Shown: in pieces, positions 48,601 to 61,347 of the stretch | Position numbering within the stretch: position 1 is the stretch's first letter | How the letters are laid out: the number at the start of each line of letters is the position of its first letter | Source: Octopus bimaculoides | Taxonomy: Eukaryota | Assembly: GCF_001194135.2 (NCBI RefSeq) | Contig: NC_068989.1 | Span: 85,849,790 to 85,913,789, forward strand | Length of the DNA stretch: 64,000 bases | Direction: 5' to 3' | Position numbers and translations under genes: made by a program | The notes under the pieces: model-generated | Told to the model about the DNA's origin: nothing | What the model saw: the letters and a program-made list of their open reading frames with translations, nothing else | The model's database searches: none

Positions 48601-51441
48601 GCCTGGAGTTTTGGGGGACAAGGCTTACATCAACCCCAGTACTGGTGCCATATAAAAAAGCACTTCGTATTCTATTCCTCTCTATTTCTACTCTGGACTC
48701 CCTTTCCCTTGTTGTTATTTATTGCTATCTCTTTGAGTCTTTCTCTCTCCCTCTCTCTTAATTTTCTTCTGTAATTTTCTTTCACTCTGTGTTGTGTATC
48801 AGAAAGATTGATTGTTTGAGGGAGCAAACAAGTAAGTGAGAGACGAGTGAAAGAGATTACGAATGAGAAATAGATAGAGAATTACTTGACTAACTCTATC
48901 AATTCAACTTTGTCTATTCTCTACAGGAAACAGGGCAATAAGTTACGGCGCCTTATGACATTTGCATGGCCTTCATTGTTGCCCCGCAACTGTGTTGACC
49001 CAGCCAACAAATACCATGGACACTTGCTGTTAGCCCATATCATAGCCAAATTTGCCATTCATAAAAGAATTGTCTTGCAAGTAAGTTCTTAATTTTTCTT
49101 TTCTTTCAAACAACTCACCTCCACAACACTAATGTTAACAATGTCCTTATTAGAAGTGAAAAGGTGGGGGAGGATGAACAGGTGTTAAAGAAACCTGGGG
49201 GGTGCAAACAGACAAATAGGTAATCTATTTCAATTGTTTCTTGCTATTTCAGGTGTTTCACAGTCTCCTGAAAGCACATGCAGTGGAAGCTCGAGCTGTA
49301 GTTCGGCAAGCTCTTGAGATTTTAACACCAGCTTTCCCAGGAAGAATGGAGGATGGCAATGTAAGTTGAGCATCTTTTTTTTTTTTTTGTCTTTTTTTCA
49401 ATTCTGTCCCTTTTTGAGTGTCTCTTTCTTACTCTCGGTGACTTTTCTCTTGTATTTTGTCCTGACTCAAAGGATTTTTTTGTAGATTCTATTGATTGAT
49501 TTTCCTTTCTTTCTTTTCCACCATCTTTGTTTCCCTACTACCAGGGAATGTTAGCACACTGGACCAAGAAAATCATTGTCGAAGAAGGCCATGCAGTTCC
49601 TCAACTTGTCCATTTGCTGTAAGTATACTATTTTATTGCTTATCTTCTTTATGTTGTAAGGATCTGTTATTATAAATGCTGCTGCTGGTTCATGTATATT
49701 AGTGGTGCAGCAATGTAGAAGTCAGAGCAATCAAATGTCAGGGAAGGTCTGCATGTTTGTGAAGATCCTTCTTGCTCTAGGTCTTCTACCATCTCCCAAA
49801 ATTTGTAATTTTATACATAAGAAAAAATTATTCTGATTGAAAGGTATAATTATGTTTTGTCAACTCCCAACCTTCTATCAGTATTTAGGTTTCATGTTCT
49901 CATTATTTCTTGTTGTTCTCTTAATCCACAGACAACTTGTGGTACGTCATTACAAAGTCTACTACCCCGTACGTCACCATTTAATTCAGCATATGGTCAG
50001 TTCCTTACAGCGACTTGGCTTCACACAAAATGTAAGTTTTTTCCTCGTTTCTTCACAATATTTTGAAGTCTGTGTTCCTGTCCATTGAATTTCAAATAGC
50101 CTTTTCTCCTATAAACAGGATTATCATTGTCATCATCATCATTTAATGTCTGCCTTCCATACTGGCATGGGTAGATCTGAATTTTATGTTTCCCTGTGTT
50201 AAAGATGTTGTTACAGTTGGAGTCTTGTTTGGACTTACTACTTTTCTGAAGATGAATTGAAAAACTACGTCTTGCTTATATTTCATTTTTGGATTGTGTT
50301 CTATGCCTGGGGGCTCTTTTTAACACTGTCCACTCTCCTAGTTCCTCTGTCCCTTCTCAGTTTCACTTGCCTTGTACCTTTAGGTGGGGGAAGGGGCTAC
50401 GTGGACACTTCATTACCATTGTTTATGTCTCATATCTCGACCCTCATCTCCTAGCATAAAGTCCCTACCCTCTTGGTTTCATAATCTTGCAAGTTGCATG
50501 GTGACCTGATTAGTGCTGGTGCTACATAAAAAGCACCCAGTCCACTCTGTAAGGTGGTTGGTGTTAGGAAGAGTATCCAGCTGTAGAAGCCATGTCTAAG
50601 TAGACAATGGAGCCTGGTGCAATTCTTAGACCCATTAGATTCTGTCAAACTGTTCAACTCATGCCAGCATGGAACACGGGGGTTATATGATGATGATGAT
50701 GATGTGTACATGTACACACACACACACACACACACACATTTTGTTATTTACCCCTGGTTGGCCCTGAGACCCATGATCGAATGTCTTCCAGCTGTGGCTA
50801 TTTTTTTTTTTTTTATTCAAACACAGTACATCTAAGACTATAGTATCTAAAGTGGACATTGGAGCTCAACACAGCCCACTGGCTAGTCAGATCCTGTTGA
50901 ACTGTCCAAGCCATGCCACCATGGAATATGGACTTCACTTACATGATGATGACAGTGTGTTACAATTGGAATTTAGCTGTTATTTCTGTTAGGTTGATCA
51001 TCCTCACTGAGAACCACTTATTGACTAAGTGTCTTTTTTCTTTTTTTTTGTTGAAAGTTGTCCTAAAAAAAAAACCTCTTTCATATTNNNNNNNNNNNNN
51101 NNNNNNNNNNNNNNNNNNNNNNNNNNNNNNNNNNNNNNNNNNNNNNNNNNNNNNNNNNNNNNNNNNNNNNNNNNNNNNNNNNNNNNNNNNNNNNNNNNNN
51201 NNNNNNNNNNNNNNNNNNNNNNNNNNNNNNNNNNNNNNNNNNNNNNNNNNNNNNNNNNNNNNNNNNNNNNNNNNNNNNNNNNNNNNNNNNNNNNNNNNNN
51301 NNNNNNNNNNNNNNNNNNNNNNNNNNNNNNNNNNNNNNNNNNNNNNNNNNNNNNNNNNNNNNNNNNNNNNNNNNNNNNNNNNNNNNNNNNNNNNNNNNNN
51401 NNNNNNNNNNNNNNNNNNNNNNNNNNNNNNNNNNNNNNNNN

Positions 51442-51482
<41 letters not shown>

Positions 51483-51673
51483 GAATCATATGATCGAGAG
51501 CTTTTATATGTATTTTGTACTGTCTGTCACTGCTTGTTTCTATGGATCATTGACGCAGGTATCTTAGTACTAGGGGCAGACGTGGTGTGTAGTAAAAAGC
51601 TTGCTTCCCAGCCACATGGTTTGAGTTCTACAATGAACTAATGTTACTCCTTAACAATTGTACCGCAATATTT

Positions 51674-51710
<37 letters not shown>

Positions 51711-54244
51711 AAATATTGCGGTACAATTGTTAAGGAGTAACATTAGTTCATTGTAGAAAGGCTAATTGTCCATTTATGCTTTGAAGTTTCCATAATGAAA
51801 GAATTTAATTAGTTTTATCCATGTTTTTCCCTTGATTTCAGAGTCTGCGTAATCAAACCGATGTGAATAAACCGATTGATAAGCAATACTGTGATTCTGT
51901 CGTTAACTTCCTTCTACGAATAGCTTGCCAGGTAAGTTGGTATCCTGCTTCCGTTCTCTATAGGAATGGTCCACTTCATTGTTATATTCACAGACCACTT
52001 TGTCCCGGTCACCCTCTCAGTCACCATCATACCATTGTGCTTATAGATCATTTGCATAATTATCATGTACATAGATCACTGTGTATATGTACACACACAT
52101 CTGTATGTGTGTGTGAGTGTTTGTGTCTCTATGTCTTGGTATTATGTAATTATGTAAATAGATGCCGTTCCTTTCTGATATTCAGTGAAAACATGTGTGG
52201 CATGGGGAAATATTACCTTGCTTACCAGGTAAGGATTGGTGACAGAAAGGGTCCCTAGCTGTAAAAAAAATCTCCCTAGCTGTAAAAAAAATCTCCCTCA
52301 ATAAACTCCATCCAATCCATGTGAGCATGGGAAAATAGATGTTAAAATAATGATGAAGCTTTTTGATTTTGTAATATTGACAACAGGCCACAAATTTTAT
52401 GGGGAGAACAGTTGGTTATAGAGAGTCACAATTCACTCCTGCTTTATTTCTATGATATTCAGTCCTTTAAACTTTCAGTTAGTTGACATCTTTTGAATTT
52501 GTTTGCCCCTTCTTTTCCTTTTTGTTATCCCATAGTCTCTGCATTGGTTTCGAGCTTTATTTGGGACAAAATCATATTTAAAAAAAAAAAAAAAAAATTT
52601 TAAACTTTGATTACAATTTTGTCATTTATTTCTTCAGGTGACAGAATCTACAACTGCCTTGGCCACTCAAGGAGAAGCCCTCTCAAGACGATGTATCAAC
52701 TTACTGAAAACTGTCATGAACAAAGATGTGTGGCCCAACATTGAACTAAAACTTGCCTGGTTTGACAAATTACTGATGACCGTTGAAAACCAGTCTGGCA
52801 TCACCAATATCTGTACAGCATTAGAATTGTTGACCTTCCTGTTAGGGATTATGGTAAGTTTAATTTTTTTGGTGGTCTGGTTGATTCCTNNNNNNNNNNN
52901 NNNNNNNNNNNNNNNNNNNNNNNNNNNNNNNNNNNNNNNNNNNNNNNNNNNNNNNNNNNNNNNNNNNNNNNNNNNNNNNNNNNNNNNNNNNNNNNNNNNN
53001 NNNNNNNNNNNNNNNNNNNNNNNNNNNNNNNNNNNNNNNNNNNNNNCTGGTGTTGGGTGCATGTCTTCTTCTATTCCCTGGCCTCTTCGATGCAGCATCA
53101 ACGAGTGTCAGCGTCCGACTGATCGTCGTGTCAAGTTCCCCTTTTTATATCTGCTGCTAGGCTCCAGCAGGCAGCCCCAGCTAGTTGTCACGTGACACTG
53201 TCTAAATTTAGGTTTTTAAGGTTTTTTTTGTATATTGGGGAAACTTTCAAATATATTTCAAACTCTTGTTTTAGCTTCTGTGTATATTCTCTTAGATTTA
53301 GACCTACTGCAAAAGGTCAGGCAGGTATGGGCAGTTGATTAGAGATATAACCTTGTTTTGAACATTTGTGTGTGTGTGTATGTGTGCATGCAAACAGACA
53401 CATACACTCACATAATGCATACTGCAGTAAAAATTAATGTTCTGACATCAATATTAAACATTTTCCCACCAATAATTCCATCTGGTATAAATGGAACTTG
53501 TTTCAACATTTCTGATTGTCGTGAATTATGAAAGATGCAGGTGTGGTTTTATGGTTAAGCAGTTTGGCTCCCAATTATACAGTTTTAGGTTCAGTCCCAC
53601 TGCATGGCACCTTGGGTAAATGTCTTCTACTGTAGCCCCAGGCCAACCAAAGTCTTGTAAATGGATTTGGTAGATGAAAACTGAAAGAAGCCCATTTTGT
53701 GTGTGTATGTGTAATAGTGTTTCCTTGTCTTGACATCATTTGATAATCATAAATGGTTGTTACTGCCATACAATGTCATTCATTTCCAATATTCTATGAA
53801 AACATGTCTGGTCATAGGGAAATATTACCTTGCTTGGAAACAAGTGAAGGTTGGTGATAGGGAGGGCATTTGGCCAGAGAAAATGTGCTTCGATACACTC
53901 CAATCTGACCCATGTGAGCATAGTAAGTGGACATTGAAATTATGAGGAGCTTAACTTTGGTTTTGCATTCAATGTTTTCAGGATGATTAAGACTTGTGAC
54001 TCATGGAATTAGTCTTTGTTATATATTTAAGAGTATTTTTGTTCTTGTATATAGGTATCTTTCATCTTTTACTGGTTTCCGTCATTAGACTGTGGCCACC
54101 TTGAAGAATTTTTAGTCGAATGACCCAGTACTTATTTTCCTTTTTAAGTCTGGTACTTGTTCTGTTGGTCACTTTTGCTGAACTGCTAAGTTACAGGGTT
54201 GTAAACACACCAGCACCGGTGGAGGGCAAGCATAGTCACAAAAA

Positions 54245-54282
<38 letters not shown>

Positions 54283-57109
54283 ATGGGATTCTTTCAGTTT
54301 CCATCTACCAAATTGTTGTAAAGTGGTCTTTTGCCACTGTTGTATCTGTCTTTTCATGACGGCTGTCGCTCTGACAGATATTGTCATATTCTAAAGTCGT
54401 CGATAGAATGGTTCTATCTGGCACTGTACGATCCCCAGTCATACAGTGTTAGTATCTTCAAAAGGATTGGATTGTTATAATGTCCACTCAGTATCACAGT
54501 ATAATTACCATATCAACACAGACACGACTTACTCGTACTCTCGATCTTCTGACCTTCACCTGTCGACTGGCTAGGCTAACTGGTCTATTTATAATGGCTG
54601 GCTACTCCCACTTTTTACTGGGAGGGGTGTACAGTTTCACTATACAACACAAATTCACTTGCAAGGCTTTGATTGGCCTGAAGCTATAGTGGAAGACACT
54701 TGCCTATGGTGTCGTTCAGTGGGAGTGAACCCAGGACCATATGGTTTGAAAGCAAGCCTCTTGCCACACATCTATACCTGTATGCAATTTTTTTACCATA
54801 ACTGACCACACTATTCTCTGATATAAGATGAAACTTCACATCTCCACTCTCTCACTTCTCTTCATCTACTAATCAAACCTGTTTGTGTGTTTCTTACAGA
54901 AAAAAGACAACATCCTTGCTAGTTTCAAACCTCTGCAACGAGGGATCGCTGCCTGTCTGACATGTCCAAACCCCAAGGTAATCCGTGCCGTTCACTCCTT
55001 GCTGTCTCGTCTAATGAGTATCTTCCCTACAGAACCAACCAATGCCCCAGTACCTTCCAAATACGAGGAGCTCGAGTGTCTGTATGCATGCGTCAGTAAA
55101 GTCGTCTATGATGGACTCAACAATTATGAAAAGTAAGACATCCCTAACCAGGGTTTTTGGAGTTTTTTTTCCTTTTTCTTTTTAACTAAAAAAGAATTTA
55201 TTACATTTTTTGTGTCAGGAATGTATTGGTATCTACATTTAGAATTGTGCAGTACCTTTTTTCATGTTTCATTGAGGACTTGTCAAACTCTTTTGTGCTA
55301 CTGCCACAAGAAATGCTTCACAGATCTCAGTTGACCTGTATTTTTTGGCTGTAACTTTTGGTCTTGAAAATTCAACTTGCTCGCCAGAAAATGCTGCAGT
55401 GTGTGGAGTGGAGTACAGTGCAGTGTGGACAGGTTAATTCTTGGGGGCTGGGGTGCCAGTTTGGTAGCAGGGTAGGGATGGGGTTAGCTTTAACACTTTA
55501 TTGACTGATTGATGTTCAGAATTCATGCAGTTGGTGAGCAGGCAGAAATGAAGGCGGCGAGCTGGCAGAATGGTTAGCACGCCGGGGCGAAATGCTTAGC
55601 GGTATTTCGTCTGCCGCTACGTTCTGAGTTCAAATTCTGCCAAATTAAGTACCAGTTACGCATTGGGGTCGGTATAATCGAGTCTGTCCTTGTTTGTCCC
55701 CTCTCTGTGTAGCCCCTTGTGGGCAATAAAGAAATAAGAATTCATGCAGTTGGTGGTACAGGTATCAATAGTGCACCTAGATCAGAAGTAGTGTGTGAAG
55801 TGGTGGTGGTGATTGTGATCTGTCTGTTGCGATGGAGTTATGGTTTGGTATTTCAAGAGGTGACAATCCTTCACTAGTTCAGTCTCAGCTAAAGATAATC
55901 TAAGGTTGTCTAAAAGGAAAAAAAATTATACAAACATGAAGGATTACGAGTGTTGTATGCTCTCTACCCACATACATACATACATACATACATACATACG
56001 TACATACATACATACATACATACATACATACATACATACATACATACATACATACATGCATACATACATACATACATACATACATGCATGCATGCATGCA
56101 TGCATACAGACAGACATAGGTTTGTGGCTCTCTCTCTCTCTCTCTCTCAAATACTGTGTTTTCATATCTCTACAGGTCAACTGGGAACTCCAACAACATA
56201 CTGTTTCCCACCCTGATGATTCTGAAGGCTGCATGCATGCATAACCCTTGCTATATAGACCGACTGATTGCCTTATTTATGAAAGTACTACAAAAAATGG
56301 CTCGTGAACACCTGACAGCTAACAATGAGCAGAATCCAGGTGAGTCAGCGGTTCTCATACATCTTTTATAATTTTTTTTGTTGTTATTAAGCTAAATGTC
56401 TAAAATGAGACATTAGTGATTTAGTATATGTGTATCATCATCATCATCATTCCATTCTGATGTGGGTTGGACATTTTGACGGGCTGATGAATTAGAGGAC
56501 TGCAATGAACTCCAGTTTCTGCTTTGCCATGATTTCTATGGCTGGATGCCCTTCTTAATGCCAACCACTTTATAGCATGGACTGGATGTTTTTAATATGG
56601 TATCAACCCTTCTAGGTACAGACTTGGCTGTGAGGTTGAGAGAGTTACTTCCCACCCACATGGTTCCAGGTTCAGTCCCTCTGCTTGGCACCTTGGACAA
56701 ATGTCTTCTACTATGGCTCTGGGCCGCACAAAGCCTTGTGAGTAGATGTGGTAGACGGGAACTGATAGAATGCTGTCATATATATATGTATGCATGTATG
56801 TACATCTGTACTATACACACACACATACATATATACAAACACACACATGGCTTTTTCTCTACATTTTTTTCCCTCATTTTCCATCTATTTTCTCTCCTCA
56901 TTCCTTCTTATAGAGCTTCGGCTCAAAATGTCAAAGATTTCTCCCATTTTTCTCTGAGCATCAAACTAATACACCCCATTTGTTGTTCTCTTGCCTGTCC
57001 TTCTCTTTTGCTTTTCGTTTAATTTTGAGTGCTATGTGTGTGTACATGTAAATAAATACATATGTATACAAACATACAAATATATACATATACATACAAA
57101 TATAAACAT

Positions 57110-57166
<57 letters not shown>

Positions 57167-59742
57167 TATACACACACTTTCATCGACATCTGTATTGATC
57201 ATTAATGTTTCTCTTGCGTACACAGCTGCCAGTGAATTACTCATCCTCAGTCTAGATTTGGTCAAGAACAGAGTCGGGGTTCTCAGTATTGAAATGCGTA
57301 AGAGTTTCATTGGCAACATCTTGGTATGCCTCATAGAAAAGACTTCAGACCCAAAAGTGGTGAAAGCAATAACTAAAATGGTTGAAGACTGGGTTAAAAC
57401 AAAAGTAAGGCCACTGCTGCTGCTTGTGGATATCACATGTTTTTCGTCTCTTTATGTCTTAGTGTGTGCATGTGTTTATGCATGTGTAAATTCGTATAGG
57501 TAAAAATGGATAAGGTTTGTAGTGTGTGTGTGTGAGAGAGAGAGAGAGCTATTCTGCTTTGTAGGGAGATAGTTTGTTAAATATGAGAGAGAGTCTGCTG
57601 TGCATGTGAGTATAAGTGAAAGAAGGTGAGTCTTTTGCATATGTGAGTGTGAAAGAAAGATAGGGTTCATGTGTGTACATGCAAGATAATGTACTTGTGT
57701 GTGTGTCATCATTATCATCATCATCATCATCATTGTTTAACGTTCGCTTTCCATGCTGGCACGGGTTGGACGATTTGACTGAGGACTGGTGAACCGGATG
57801 GCTGCACCAGGCTCCAATCTGATCTGGCAGAGTTTCTACAGTTGGATGCCCTTCCTAACGCCAACCACTCCAAGAGTGTAGTGGGTGCTTTTACGTGCCA
57901 CCGGCACGAGGGCCAGTCAGGCGGTACTAGCAACGGCCACGCTCAAAATGATGTTGTGTGTATGTATGTAATTCTACTGATGTGTTTGGCTACCTGTAAA
58001 TATCTGTGGATGTATATTATACATTGTGTCTATGTAACAGTTGGTGTCCCCAACATCACTTCATTAGGTTCGTTATCATTTCATGTACCACTTCTAATGT
58101 GACAAATGCATCCATGCCTCACACTCACTATAATACCTGTGTATCAATTCCGATACGTAGCACATTTTCCTTGGCACCCATGCCTCATGTACAACGCACA
58201 CTCATGATTTTTGCTTCAACCACCAGAGTAAAACTTGTAACATATGTTTCCCTACACCATTCTCTTCTTTGCTTCATTCTCGTGTCTCTTACTTCCAGAC
58301 ACCCATTGCTATCAACCAGTCTCCATCAATACGAGAAAAGGCCATTCTCTTGTGCAAGCTGATGGTTCATGTTGAGCGCAGATTTCCTGAAGATGTCGAA
58401 CTAAATGCACAATTCCTGGAATTGGTTAACCACATCTACAGGTAGCTATATACTCATTTAATATACCTGTCCATCTACTTGCTTTTTCCTCTTTCTGTTC
58501 CTCCCTCTCTCCTCTTCCTCTCTTTGCACCTCTTTCCCCCTCCTCTCCCCCATCTCCCATTCCCCTCCTCACCCCTTATCCCTCCTCACATTCCTCTTTT
58601 CTCCTCTCTTTCACCCCTCCACCCCGTCTCTCTCCTATTGATCCGTTCTACCAGTGTACAGTATTTCTAGTTTCTCTAATCTTCCTACCACATGAGATTA
58701 GGAGAACAGAAGGACTATATTCTCTCGCATCCCATCCAATATCTCCTATCCATACTTAAGACTGCAGGGTATGATTTGAGGGAAATTTGGTTGTTGTATC
58801 TAGTGGATCAAACCTGTAAAGGTTGTCCCTACTGGCTTGTGGTGTGAAAGGTTGTCCCTGCTGGCTTGTGGTGTGAGATGTAGTGTTTTAAATAAGCATT
58901 CCCAGTATAATGTCACATTGATATGTTTCCTTTCAGAGATGAGAGTTTGGCTGGCAGTGAACTCACCTCTAAGCTAGAACAAGCCTTCCTTGCAGGCCTC
59001 AGATGTAACCAGCATCATATTAGACAGAAATTTGTCGAGGTAGGTTCACTACTTCACTCTGCTCTTCATATGTCTTTCTGTTTTATGACTCTGGGTTTGT
59101 ATGCTTGAGGGATGTGTTTTTTATGTGTGCATCTAAGTATGTACATTTGTCCATATGTACACATGTATGTTTGTTTGTTTGTTCATATGTATGTATGTAT
59201 GTATGCAAATATATGTGTATGTCAGTATATACGTGTTTGTATGTGTGTGTGTACACACATATATAATCTTCTCCGTAATATATATATATATATANNNNNN
59301 NNNNNNNNNNNNNNNNNNNNNNNNNNNNNNNNNNNNNNNNNNNNNNNNNNNNNNNNNNNNNNNNNNNNNNNNNNNNNNNNNNNNNNNNNNNNNNNNNNNN
59401 NNNNNNNNNNNNNNNNNNNNNNNNNNNNNNNNNNNNNNNNNNNNNNNNNNNNNNNNNNNNNNNNNNNNNNNNNNNNNNNNNNNNNNNNNNNNNNNNNNNN
59501 NNNNNNNNNNNNNNNNNNNNNNNNNNNNNNNNNNNNNNNNNNNNNNNNNNNNNNNNNNNNNNNNNNNNNNNNNNNNNNNNNNNNNNNNNNNNNNNNNNNN
59601 NNNNNNNNNNNNNNNNNNNNNNNNNNNNNNNNNNNNNNNNNNNNNNNNNNNNNNNNNNNNNNNNNNNNNNNNNNNNNNNNNNNNNNNNNNNNNNNNNNNN
59701 NNNNNNNNNNNNNNNNNNNNNNNNNNNNNNNNNNNNNNNNNN

Positions 59743-59800
<58 letters not shown>

Positions 59801-60662
59801 GTGTATGTGTGTGTCCATGTATGTATAGTATATGCGCTATCTTGTGTTGTTTACATTTACTCTTCTCTGTTGTAGGTATTCGATAAAAGTATGAGAAGAC
59901 GTATATTTGATCGTCTCTTGTATATCAGCTGCTCTCAGAACTGGGAGCACATGCAAGGCCACTATTGGATCAAACAATGTATTGAGGTAAGGTGAATGTT
60001 TTCTGTTCTTACTATCAACTTCTTGTCCCTTTATGTTGACACTGACTCCAGCCAATGTCAACATAATTATAATTCTGTGTTAAACATACCAAATTTAGTT
60101 GATGGTTCCTGTATGGCTTTGTGATTTCAGTCAAGAGGGTGGATGGTCATGTGTTTGAACCTTACTTGCTTTAATTACTGCTCGCAGCATTTCATGAGAC
60201 AGATGAAAATAGGTTCCTCTCTCAGTTACATGGTCTTAACGGTTAGAACATGCTAAGGACATTCAATTGTAAAAATATAAATTTTTACAAATGCCTATCC
60301 TGTCCAAGGTAAAATGGATTGAAAAACCTGCAAGGTATTGCTGTAGGGTTTAAGAAGTTTGCTTCACAAGTATTTGGTTTCAGATTAGATTCCATTCACA
60401 GCACTTCGAGTATGTGGATCACTGGGGTTAAAGTAATTGACTCAGCCCCTCCCCTAAAAATAGCTGGCCCTCTTCCAAAATTGGAAACCAATAATCCTTC
60501 TAACTGCTCATTTTCTGAGTTCAAATCCCACCAATCATTTTCACATTTTATCCTTTTGGGGTCGTAATATAAAGTATTAGTTCAGCACTTAAGTTGATGA
60601 CATTAACAAACCATTCCCCTTCAAAGTTTCTTGCCTTATGTCTAAATCAGAAACGTGTATTA

Positions 60663-60706
<44 letters not shown>

Positions 60707-61310
60707 TCTGCTGCTGCAATGAGCTGGTAGAACTTAGCATGTCAGATAAAATGCCACAAGGCATTTTGTCCTTCAAATTCTGCAGAAAGTGACTTTGCTT
60801 TTCACATTCCTTGAGGGTCGATAAAATAAATACCAGCTGGGCACTGGGGTCGATGTAATCTGATAAACTCCACCCCCACCATCTCAGGCCCACACTGGGC
60901 AAAATGCTTAGCGGCATTTCATCTGTCTTTATGTTCTGAGTTCAAATTCCAACAGGGTTGATGAAATAAATACCAGGGTTAAAGTAATTGACTAACCCCT
61001 CCCCCAACATTTCAAGCTTTTGCTTATAGTAAAAAAGGTTATTATTATTATTTTTGTTGTGGTCGTTGTTGTTCTTTATTATCAATGTATTCTTTTTTTT
61101 TTTTTCTAGCTACTGTTGGCTGTAGCTGTCCCTAACCAACCCATTCAAAGTTTATCTCCAATGAGCCTTCTACCATCAATATGCTCAGTGATCAACATGG
61201 CTGACAGCCAGGAACGAGCTGCTTTCTCAACAATTCTCAAAATGAAAGAAGAAACTGTTGATATGGATGTTGTTGATGGCAACAAAGACGAGGTAAAGAC
61301 CTTCTCAATA

Positions 61311-61347
<37 letters not shown>

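Noticed and set aside
55900-56244. HTYI/MYVC repeat proteins
   Set aside because: Translations of a (TACA)n microsatellite.
58818-58875. 29-bp direct duplication (also a 21-bp one near 52252-52295 and A39 at 32193-32231)
   Set aside because: Ordinary slippage events within or beside repeats.
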